DNA of 64,000 bases from Candidatus Babeliales bacterium. Its GTDB lineage: Bacteria; Babelota; Babeliae; Babelales; JBFXEV01. The stretch is from assembly GCA_050179755.1 (NCBI GenBank), contig JBFXEV010000001.1:777994-841993 (forward strand). Reading direction: 5' to 3'. The notes under the pieces were generated by a model. The model was not told where the DNA came from. It made no database searches and was given only the letters and a program-made list of their open reading frames with translations. The position numbers and the translations under genes are program-made. Positions 56,088 through 64,000 of the stretch are shown here, piece by piece. Position 1 is the first letter of the stretch, and each line of letters opens with the position of its first letter.

Positions 56088-56867
56088 ATGTTAAAAAAAC
56101 TAGTCAAATATGGTAATAGTAATGCTATAATCTTGGATAAAGCCATTTTAGAGCTTTTAGAAATAGAAGAAGGTGCTATCATTAAGATTAAGACCGATGG
56201 TAAGTCAATTATTATTACGCCTCAAGAAAAAGTTGCACCAAGTAAAGTGCACGAAGTATTCACGCATCATCAGGCAAGCTTAGAAGCTTCTATTCGTGAA
56301 GGTTTTAAGCGTTATGAGGGTCTTGAAAAAGATCAACGAGAAAAACTTGAAGGAGAATACCTTGTTATACTTAAAAAGTTTCAAGGATTAAGTGAAGAAC
56401 TTTCTAAGAACAAAGATTTTATAGATGCTGTTGATCAGTTGAGAAAGCAATGCGCCATTACATCACCTGAGTTTATGGCAAATTATAAAATGCTGCGGGA
56501 TAAACATGCGCCAGAACATGCAAAAGCAGAAGCAGAACTTGTGGCGTTTGAACAGCTACATAACCTTAAGGTCCATGCTAATACTGCAAAGCCTTCTGCT
56601 GAACAGATAAAGGAAATGGAACAAGATTTTTATCACGTTCATCAAAAGAATCAAGAAGTATATAAAAAATATGCTGAATTGATGAATAATCCTGAGTATC
56701 AACATGAAGCACAATTGATAGCAGAGAAGTATGGTGCTGATAAAAATTCTGCTGAATATATGCAAGCAATAGATGCGTTGAATGATGCATATCTTCCCGA
56801 ATTTAGAAAAGCCCAAGCAGAAGTAAAAGCAGTAGCTGCAAAATATGCAGACAAAGCTTCAAAGTAA
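56088..56867 (+). CDS. AbrB/MazE/SpoVT-type DNA-binding domain fused to a helical C-terminal region (start likely ATG 56088)
   Basis: KKLVKYGNSNAIILDKAILELLEI...IKTDGKSIIITP. Confidence 0.8.
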   Translation: MLKKLVKYGNSNAIILDKAILELLEIEEGAIIKIKTDGKSIIITPQEKVAPSKVHEVFTHHQASLEASIREGFKRYEGLEKDQREKLEGEYLVILKKFQGLSEELSKNKDFIDAVDQLRKQCAITSPEFMANYKMLRDKHAPEHAKAEAELVAFEQLHNLKVHANTAKPSAEQIKEMEQDFYHVHQKNQEVYKKYAELMNNPEYQHEAQLIAEKYGADKNSAEYMQAIDALNDAYLPEFRKAQAEVKAVAAKYADKASK

Positions 56868-56905
56868 CAATAACATAATTATTTTTAACAACAGGATGAC
56901 TTCTC

Positions 56906-57757
56906 ATGAATAAACGATGTATGTTAACAAAGTTCATGCTTACTTTTACGGTAACAGCACTCACTGCGTATCTGTATGTAACGCCAGCAGCTGTTCGTGC
57001 TGAGAATATGCGTAAGGTTACAAGGCAAGAGAAAACTAAAGCGTTATTTGACATAGTAATGCCAAAAGAGAAAACAGCAATGGTTTTTGAGGGTATCTTT
57101 GCAAATGCGCAGATTACTGATGAAAGCGTAAAAATGCGTGTCAATGAAGCATTTTATGCTGAAATGCAAAAGACTTTTTTGGCTTTGTTTGATAAAGAGT
57201 TCACAGAACAAGACATTGACGTGTTGTTTACTTTCTTTGTTTCTGAAACAGGCCGTAAATTTATGGCATCAGGTGACGCTCAAAATGCTGCAGTAATGGC
57301 TGCGATGCAAAGCGGCATGATGGTAATTCAAGAGCATATGATGGCGCAAGCAAAAGCTGCACAGGCAGCGGCTGCTGCACCTGCAGTTGTCATTGATTTT
57401 AATGAACTTGCAATTGGTAAAACTGATGCGCAAATGAAAGATGCCTTTAATGCTATCATTCAGCATGAGGGTGTTACGGTAGTTAAATATTCATCCTTAA
57501 TGTGTGAGCCGTGCAAAGTATATGCGCCTCTGTTTGATGAAGTGGCAGCAGAATTGCAAGAACTTACTGCTGGCAATAACAAAATTGCGGTGAAATATGT
57601 GGCGCTTGATATTAATGTTGCGCTTGTGATAGCACAAGAATATGGCATTAAGTCAGTACCAACTACTATGTTCTTTAAGAATGGCAAAAAAGTTGATTCC
57701 AAAATTGGTGGCATGCAAAAAGCAACTTTAAGATCTCGTATTCAAGAGCTTGCGTAA
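56906..57757 (+). CDS. Exported DUF2059-like + thioredoxin fusion (CEPC)
   Basis: Signal peptide; FTEQDIDVLFTFFVSETGRKF; MCEPCK, YGIKSVPT. Confidence 0.8.
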   Translation: MNKRCMLTKFMLTFTVTALTAYLYVTPAAVRAENMRKVTRQEKTKALFDIVMPKEKTAMVFEGIFANAQITDESVKMRVNEAFYAEMQKTFLALFDKEFTEQDIDVLFTFFVSETGRKFMASGDAQNAAVMAAMQSGMMVIQEHMMAQAKAAQAAAAAPAVVIDFNELAIGKTDAQMKDAFNAIIQHEGVTVVKYSSLMCEPCKVYAPLFDEVAAELQELTAGNNKIAVKYVALDINVALVIAQEYGIKSVPTTMFFKNGKKVDSKIGGMQKATLRSRIQELA

Positions 57758-57780
57758 GTAGTTGCCTAATAACTGTTTTT

Positions 57781-57816
57781 AAAAATGTGCGTATGCCAAG
57801 GTGTACGCACATTTTT
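57781..57816 (+). terminator. Rho-independent terminator
   Basis: aaaaatgtgcgtatgc-caag-gtgtacgcacattttt. Confidence 0.85.
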
Positions 57817-57888
57817 ATTGAAAAGTAACTATTTGTTCTTGTAGTATAGATTAGTGAGCTGTTTTGATGTTAATTAAAAGGAACGATA

Positions 57889-58563
57889 ATGAAAAAAAGA
57901 TTTATTTTTCTATTGCTTTTTTCTTGTACTGGTTATTTGTGTGCATTGGAAACACAACTTAAAAATCTTTCCACAGCATTATCGGAGCTTCAAAGAAAAT
58001 TATTCGTGCACGCTCCAGTGACATCTGATGACGCGCAAAAACTTACATTAACGGCATTAAAAACAAATTTAAAAAATATTTTGAAAGATATTATTGATCC
58101 GCATCGCAATTTTGCCAATGAACAAGAACGTATAGCTTTTTTTCATTTTATTATTGAGCAGTCTTTGAATGCTGCCAAAGTTATGCAAGTTATTGCTGAA
58201 AAACAATATACAGCAGCTGATTTAAATGAGTGGTATAAGAATGATACGCTCAGTCAAAAGACAAGCGGTGCTCTTACACAACTTGATTATAAACACTATG
58301 AAACGAGGCATGATTGGCGGCCATTGCCACCACCACCGGGTCAAACAAAAGTAAGCACCAATTTTGATGATGCTCGCGCGCTCAAAGAAAATTTATTAGA
58401 TGTTGCTCAAAACATTATTGATCTTAATGTTACATTTGATCGCACGCAAGTAAAACAAAGCTTTAAAGTTATTTTTGATGAAGCTCTTAATGCAGCAATG
58501 GCTGAATGGCCAACTGAAAAAAAAGAATCTTTTAGGCAGAAAATTACTGATGTTCGTTCTTAA
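57889..58563 (+). CDS. Secreted hypothetical protein, Leu-heptad/RPLPP family
   Basis: Signal peptide; LETQLKNLSTALSELQRKL; WRPLPPPP. Confidence 0.8.
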   Translation: MKKRFIFLLLFSCTGYLCALETQLKNLSTALSELQRKLFVHAPVTSDDAQKLTLTALKTNLKNILKDIIDPHRNFANEQERIAFFHFIIEQSLNAAKVMQVIAEKQYTAADLNEWYKNDTLSQKTSGALTQLDYKHYETRHDWRPLPPPPGQTKVSTNFDDARALKENLLDVAQNIIDLNVTFDRTQVKQSFKVIFDEALNAAMAEWPTEKKESFRQKITDVRS

Positions 58564-58950
58564 GAACGGTGTCAGTCATTTCTGTCCCTCGATTTACGAA
58601 CTTCTACATTAGCATGCAACTGACGGTAGTATATTGGCGGGTTTGCTTTGAGAAATGAGGTTTTTTAGGCTTATCTTTCCTCACGGAAATTCGGGCAGTC
58701 TTTGCTTTTTCCATAGAGATTAACTTTACTTATAATCTAAATTTCCGAGAAGAGACTGGCTTGCCAGTCATTTGCTCGACGTGATTAATGATTTCTGCGA
58801 TTAAAACTCGTACTAATAACAACTTTACTTGAGGGGTTCTGGTAAATGAGAGAGACTGCCCGCCGTCGCGCGAAGCGCTATGGCGTGGCACTACGCCTTC
58901 TCGCCACGCTAGCCTAGGCGTAGCGGGAGCTCCAGAGGAGCGGCGGCGAG

Positions 58951-59027
58951 TGGTGCGCCCGATAGGAATCGAACCTATAACCTTCAGATTCGTAGTCTGA
59001 CACTCTATCCAATTGAGCTACGGGCGC
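58951..59027 (-). tRNA. tRNA-Arg (ACG)
   Basis: GCGCCCGTAGCTCAATTGGATAGAG...CTACGAA...GGTTCGATTCC...CCA. Confidence 0.96.
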
Positions 59028-59090
59028 GCGATGCATTTAAATGTATTTCATTGTTGAAAATGAGTCAAGTGTTTTTGACTTGCCGTAAAA

Positions 59091-59140
59091 GATTGCTTGT
59101 CCGTCTTCGTGTCTACGCTTACTACGCCGGACAGTCTTCG
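59091..59140. repeat. tRNA-trailer direct repeat, copy 2
   Basis: Near-identical to 54658-54707. Confidence 0.85.
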
Positions 59141-59366
59141 CTTTTGTTGAGCGTATCCTTGAACAACTGGCGTAGCCAGGCATTTGCTCGGCGTGATTAA
59201 TGATTTCTACGATCATATGCCCGCACCAATAATAAACTTTTACTTGAAGGCTTTGGCAAAAGCCCGCCTACGTTAATCCAGGCTCACTACGTTCGCTTGG
59301 CTAACTCCGTCGCGCAACCTGCGCATTCACGTAAACTGGCCTGCCAACCGGAGCCTTGGCGCAGGT

Positions 59367-59457
59367 TGGTGGAGAGAGAGGGATTCGAACCCTCGTGCCC
59401 CATTTCTGAGGCTCTTGCTTAGCAGGCAAGCGCTTTAGGCCTCTCAGCCATCTCTCC
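59367..59457 (-). tRNA. tRNA-Ser (GCT)
   Basis: GGAGAGATGGCTGAGAGGCC...CTGCTAA...long variable arm...GGTTCGAATCC...CCA. Confidence 0.95.
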
Positions 59458-59667
59458 ATATAAAACTTAAATTTCAAATTTTCTTATTACATATTTCAGG
59501 AGCGCTTTTAGGCCGGACCTTGTCCGCCGTAGCCTTGAGCGTAGGCGGAAGCCATCTCTCCATATAATTTCTAGTAATTTCAATTTATATCTAATATCTT
59601 AGCTTTTTTAACCTAATAAGTATAGAGTGATTATGATATATTCTCAAGGTAAACAAGGTGCCTTACT

Positions 59668-59955
59668 ATGGCTTTAGTAATCGAAATCACTGTGGTCCCT
59701 GCATCGGGGCGGCAAGCTATGCTCTTTGATAAGCTGGGGCGCATAAAATGTTATCTAAAAAGTGCCCCTGAAAAGGGACAGGCAAATGCCGAGCTTATTA
59801 AGTTTATTGCAAAATTACTCCGGTGCCCTCAAGATGATGTGGAGATAATCTCAGGTGAAATTTCTCGTAAGAAACGCTTGAAAATTCATTTGCAATTAAC
59901 GTATGATCAGTTTAAAGAGTTAATGGGCCTTGCTGATCAGAAAAAAATATTTTGA
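59668..59955 (+). CDS. DUF167 / YggU-family protein
   Basis: V.P.S..., LKSAPEKGQANAELIKF, V.IISG..SR.K. Confidence 0.9.
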   Translation: MALVIEITVVPASGRQAMLFDKLGRIKCYLKSAPEKGQANAELIKFIAKLLRCPQDDVEIISGEISRKKRLKIHLQLTYDQFKELMGLADQKKIF

Positions 59956-59964
59956 GGTAAAAAT

Positions 59965-61164
59965 ATGGCGCAATTTGCATGGAAAGGTATTGGTCTTGAT
60001 GGTCTTGATAAATCAGGCGTACAAAAGGCGCGTTCGTGTAAACAACTTGATGCGCTGTTATTAAGTCAAAATATTGCATTGCTTGAGGCGTCTGTTATTG
60101 CACCATATAGCAGATTGCGCCCTGTTTCTTTGTCTTTACGCACTACTTTTTTTGATCAACTTGCAACGCTTTTGGAAGCGGGCGTATATTTAGATGCAGC
60201 GCTTGCAATTTTAGCAGAACAAACAGCGCATGCTGGTTTTGCGAGTGTAATTAATGATATTGCCTCAAGTGTGCAAGAAGGATCGCAATTTCATGAAGCG
60301 CTTGATGTGTACAAAGATCTCTTTGATACAGTCATCATAAGCGTGGTGCGTTCGGGGCAAGAAGTTGGTAATTTGCCGGTAGCATTGCGCTCGATTGCCA
60401 AATATCTTGCTTTTCGTGAACAATTTAAAGCAACTATTAAACGCGTGTGTATGCTCCCACTTATTACCTGTTTATTTTTTTTGGTTGTTGCAGTAATTAT
60501 TATTGGATTTATTGTGCCCTCATTTGCAAGCCTTTATCAATCTGCTGGCAAAGAGTTGCCTGCTACAACGCAAACGCTGCTCTGGCTATCAAGTTGGGTT
60601 TCACTTGCAGGCTTGGCATTACTTGTTCCTTTTTTTGTAGTTTTATATTTATGTGTACGTGTGCTTAAACGTTCTTACAAAGTAATGCGTATATATGAAG
60701 CCGTGCTTTTGAATGTGCCAATAATCGGGCGTATTATTGGTTATGGCAATCTTCTTTCTTATATGCAAGCGCTTGCTATTTTGAGTGCCGGCGGCGTGCA
60801 TGTAGCGCAAGCATTAAAACTTGCTCTTGGTGCAATTTCGGTAACATCTTTGCACGATACATTTATACAAGTTCATTATGACGTGCAGCACGGCAAGCAT
60901 GTTTCTGTGGCATTAAAACAGAGTAATGCGCTTTATGGTGGGCCGTCAGTACTTGCATTATTGCGCGTGGGTGAAGAATCAGGCAGGCTTGATAGAGCCT
61001 TTGAGCAGGTGGTTGTTGTGTATCAACAACAACTTGAAAAAACGAGTAATTTAGTTACAACACTTATACAACCATTGTTAATGATAGCTTTAGGGCTTAT
61101 GATTACTGGATTAATATTTGCAGTATACGTACCTATATTCAATTTGTCTGAAGTGATCTCTTGA
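59965..61164 (+). CDS. Type II secretion system F / PilC-family inner-membrane platform protein
   Basis: F..QLATLLEAGV, G.E.G.L, ELPATT, VGEESGRLD, LIQP...Y.PIF. Confidence 0.93.
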   Translation: MAQFAWKGIGLDGLDKSGVQKARSCKQLDALLLSQNIALLEASVIAPYSRLRPVSLSLRTTFFDQLATLLEAGVYLDAALAILAEQTAHAGFASVINDIASSVQEGSQFHEALDVYKDLFDTVIISVVRSGQEVGNLPVALRSIAKYLAFREQFKATIKRVCMLPLITCLFFLVVAVIIIGFIVPSFASLYQSAGKELPATTQTLLWLSSWVSLAGLALLVPFFVVLYLCVRVLKRSYKVMRIYEAVLLNVPIIGRIIGYGNLLSYMQALAILSAGGVHVAQALKLALGAISVTSLHDTFIQVHYDVQHGKHVSVALKQSNALYGGPSVLALLRVGEESGRLDRAFEQVVVVYQQQLEKTSNLVTTLIQPLLMIALGLMITGLIFAVYVPIFNLSEVIS

Positions 61165-61231
61165 AAATACTTTTTTGTGGCATAGAATAAGAGTGTAATG
61201 CTGTATTATAAAAAATTGTTAGGAGTATTTT

Positions 61232-61831
61232 GTGAAGAAATTGTCGATCATTATTTTAACCCTTTTATTTGTTCAGCCAGCATATGGCTTAGAGCATGAG
61301 CTTAAAAATCTTGCTGCGAGTTTAACAAAACTTGCACAAGATTTAGGTGGGGGCGCACCACCACCTCCGCCAACAGGTCAAATTCCTGCATACCCTCAAC
61401 TTACACCACAAGAAATTGCTGAGTTGGAGAAAGATCGGCCCAAACGGCCATTGCCGCCACCACCAGCAGCAAATGACAAAGTGCGCACTATTAAAGCAAA
61501 ATTAGACGCAATTTTTAATGAAACAGACGTTGCTGTTTTAACAGATGCAACTAATCGTCTGGATCGTTCTTATCTATTTAATTTAGAAAAAGTGGGTGCA
61601 CCGCAAGAAGATATTCTTAAATATAAAGAACTGATGGTCAAACATACGAAAAAAAGAATAGATACTCTCTATAATGAAGTTACTGCAGGACGCCTTAAAT
61701 TTAATATACAGTTTGCAAATAGTTTGTTACGTGTTTTACAAGATAATGGCGTATCTGGTGATGAATATGATGCTTATTTGCAGAAAGTTGGTGAAATGGC
61801 TGGTAGAAACTGGGGGTACGTGGGAAATTAA
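61232..61831 (+). CDS. Secreted Pro-rich protein, Leu-heptad/RPLPP family
   Basis: RBS aggag + GTG; signal peptide; LEHELKNLAASLTKLAQDL; KRPLPPPP. Confidence 0.8.
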   Translation: MKKLSIIILTLLFVQPAYGLEHELKNLAASLTKLAQDLGGGAPPPPPTGQIPAYPQLTPQEIAELEKDRPKRPLPPPPAANDKVRTIKAKLDAIFNETDVAVLTDATNRLDRSYLFNLEKVGAPQEDILKYKELMVKHTKKRIDTLYNEVTAGRLKFNIQFANSLLRVLQDNGVSGDEYDAYLQKVGEMAGRNWGYVGN

Positions 61832-61961
61832 AAAAGGCGCCAAGAGAAAAATTGAGATAAATAAAGAATATCCTTTGCCAAAATTTTAGGATCACTTGAA
61901 AATACATCTGTTGTAACTTAGAATAAGTGAGTAATGAATTTTTTAAAAAGCTTGGAGCAGT

Positions 61962-62477
61962 ATGAAGAAGCTACCTTTTCTTATTATCGCCATGTCGTGT
62001 ACATATCAGTCATCTCTACAGGCTGATCAGGTGCTACAGCAAAATCTTGTAGATCTTACGCGTGCATTGCAAACATTACAGCAAAGGTTACCGCGTAATG
62101 GCACAAAAAGGCCGTTACCAAAGGGGCCTGCTCAATTAGTGAGTGAAGAAGAAAAAAATCAACTCATTGCCATTCTAAAAGATCTTAATTTAGAAAAGCA
62201 AGCAACTGTTGACGATACACAAGAAGTTACGCAAGCTGATTTTCTTAAAGATCTCAAGTTGACTCTTGATGAAATTTTAAAAGGTTTTAATGCAAAAACG
62301 CATGCATATGTTGGGTATCCAAATTATAAAAATGAATTTCTAAAACGCCATTTAGGCGATTTTGATGTTGCTCTTAAATTATTAAAAGCAGCGACACCCC
62401 AAGATGCTAGAATTCCCTATTATGAATCTTGGCGTCCCCATTTAGAAAAAGCGGTAGGCACATTGCCAGTAAAATAA
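61962..62477 (+). CDS. Secreted protein, Leu-heptad/RPLP family
   Basis: Signal peptide; LQQNLVDLTRALQTLQQRL; KRPLPKGP. Confidence 0.78.
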   Translation: MKKLPFLIIAMSCTYQSSLQADQVLQQNLVDLTRALQTLQQRLPRNGTKRPLPKGPAQLVSEEEKNQLIAILKDLNLEKQATVDDTQEVTQADFLKDLKLTLDEILKGFNAKTHAYVGYPNYKNEFLKRHLGDFDVALKLLKAATPQDARIPYYESWRPHLEKAVGTLPVK

Positions 62478-62529
62478 AATGGCTTAAAAGCGTAATTAAA
62501 AGAACGAAAATATTTGAGGGAGTTTGGTT

Positions 62530-64000
62530 ATGAAGAAATTATTTCTGTTGAGTTTATCATGTTTCTTTATTGGAAATGTTTGTGCTCAACAACAACAACT
62601 CAAGAATCTTGCTGGCGCATTACGAGCATTGGCAGCAGAATTTGGCACGTCGCCAGCAGTGCCACCTTTGCCATCTGACCAAATTCCTGCATATCCTGAA
62701 CTTACGCCTGAAGAAATTGCTAAGCTGGAGAAAGATCGGCCATTGCCGCCAGTGCGTGGTGATGATGATACGAGAATGTTGGATTTAGCTAGCGGAATGC
62801 CGTTGCCTTTGTCACCTCGTGATGATAGAGGAATGCTTGATGCAGCGCGTGGCACGCCCTTGCCAGCGTCTCCTCGTGATGGTGATATTGAATTGCCGCC
62901 GGTGATACCTCATACAGGGCACGTAGTTGAACCGCCACCTGCGTATGTATTACCTCCAACCATTCAAACAACTGGCGCTGTGCTTCCAACACCACCTTCT
63001 GATGTGTTGCCGCCTGATGTACAACCTCAGCCTGATACAAGCATGCACATGGCAAAAACTAAAGAAGAACCTAAGCAACTGCTTATCCGGAAAAAAGAAA
63101 TCACTAAAGAGCCGCAATTCCAGGGTGCAAGACAGATTGCAATTAATGTGCCTAATGGTGAAGTTATTAATGCCGTAATTGGGATATTGGCAGAAAATGG
63201 CAATTTAGTTATTTGGGGGCCAAAGCTTAAAGAATTACCGCAACAAAATACTTTCTTTTCAACGGGGCAGTTCATATATCCATCTTTTGACGCAATTGAA
63301 CATACAAAAAGAAATGGTTCGATTGAAATTGAATATGATATGTATCCCGTGCTTATTAATGTGGTGGCACTGAAAGCTCAGAAATTACAATTTATGAGCC
63401 AATTGAAGGATAAGATTGATGGCCAAATTGCAGCAATTAAACAAGCAGTAAAAAATAGTAATATACGAGAATTGCTTTCAAGCGTGCAAGTTAATATACC
63501 TCAAAGTATTGGTATCATGGTAGATCAACTTGAGAAAGGGCCTCTTGCAATTGAATCAATCTATCCTAAAGCTATTGCAGGTGAAGCCGTTTTAGCAATT
63601 AAAGATGTTGAAAAACTTCTTGATGATGTAGAAGAGGCAACTAAAACCGCTATTGAGAAATTAGTTGAAGCGCTCGGTGCATTACTTTCCAAAAAGAAAG
63701 AAGTATTTGAACAATATATTGCAGCACAAAGTTTAAAGCCAGGTGAGCAACCTAATTTTAATTTGCTTGCAAAAAGATGGGAGAAAGATTCCGGTTATAG
63801 ATCTACGCGAGAAAGCTTACAATTATTTGCTGACTTTAGTAGTTCTTTAAAAGCGCGTTTAGATCAAATTAATAATTGGGCACAACTTTCTAAAGCAGAA
63901 CAAAAAGAATTGAAAGATATTCTGCAAAAAGATTTAGAAGAAAAAGCTGGTTTAGTTAAACTTACTCAGCCAAGTGGCAACTCTGTGAAAGATCGTTTGG
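62530..64000 (+). CDS. Large secreted Pro-rich protein, truncated by window end (missing from the ORF track)
   Basis: ATG 62530 after gaggg; MKKLFLLSLSCFFIGNVCA-QQQQLKNLAGALRALAAEF...; frame open to 64000; shares QIPAYPxLTPxEIAxLEKDRP with 61232. Confidence 0.88.
   Translation, partial: MKKLFLLSLSCFFIGNVCAQQQQLKNLAGALRALAAEFGTSPAVPPLPSDQIPAYPELTPEEIAKLEKDRPLPPVRGDDDTRMLDLASGMPLPLSPRDDRGMLDAARGTPLPASPRDGDIELPPVIPHTGHVVEPPPAYVLPPTIQTTGAVLPTPPSDVLPPDVQPQPDTSMHMAKTKEEPKQLLIRKKEITKEPQFQGARQIAINVPNGEVINAVIGILAENGNLVIWGPKLKELPQQNTFFSTGQFIYPSFDAIEHTKRNGSIEIEYDMYPVLINVVALKAQKLQFMSQLKDKIDGQIAAIKQAVKNSNIRELLSSVQVNIPQSIGIMVDQLEKGPLAIESIYPKAIAGEAVLAIKDVEKLLDDVEEATKTAIEKLVEALGALLSKKKEVFEQYIAAQSLKPGEQPNFNLLAKRWEKDSGYRSTRESLQLFADFSSSLKARLDQINNWAQLSKAEQKELKDILQKDLEEKAGLVKLTQPSGNSVKDRL

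Noticed and set aside
56043..57757. MazEF-type toxin-antitoxin pair
   Set aside because: The downstream gene is an exported thioredoxin fusion; no toxin motif nearby.
58598..58609. gaacttctacat matching the terminus of the structured element
   Set aside because: An isolated 12-mer without the adjacent hairpins; may be chance.
54587..59667. Prophage or integrative element at the tRNAs
   Set aside because: No integrase, phage or conjugation genes; only short repeats and a tRNA 5' fragment.
62570..63275. Several short ORFs listed at the window end
   Set aside because: All overlap the long open frame starting at 62530, which is the probable real gene.

Overview
AT-rich bacterial chromosomal segment. 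Gene content suggests a host-dependent protist endosymbiont, most likely Candidatus Dependentiae/Babelota (TM6); this is inferred from gene content, not from a search. The supporting content is many Sec-signal-bearing ankyrin/WD40/LRR proteins, a Cys-rich outer-membrane barrel and few biosynthetic genes. Housekeeping genes include the 3' end of groEL, a class I aldolase, ftsI/ftsL, bamA, cysS, trxA, dps, DUF167, a GspF/PilC protein and three tRNAs (Ser-TGA, Arg-ACG, Ser-GCT). Notable accessory content: (1) five copies of a non-coding hairpin/pseudoknot element with covarying stems, set as inverted pairs around a two-gene block that includes an OMP gene; (2) two tandem secreted proteins with a caspase-fold (clan CD) His-Gly/Ser-Cys dyad; (3) a riboflavin cluster (RibE-RibD fusion, HAD, signal-peptide NadD-like, RibH, RibBA) between two duplicated secreted GMC flavoenzymes that share a leader hairpin; (4) exported thioredoxins and an exported Dps; (5) a large predicted effector set in which about 13 signal peptides are followed directly by Met, mostly Met-Glu/Asp, with host-mimic motifs (Skp1-like, F-box-like, BC-box-like, J-domain, NLS, SH3/WW ligands, Arp2/3-type acidic tail); (6) a portable promoter+signal-peptide cassette; (7) REP-like hairpins abutting the CCA ends of all three tRNAs. 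No CRISPR array, transposase or integrase was seen. All function calls come from motif reading only.
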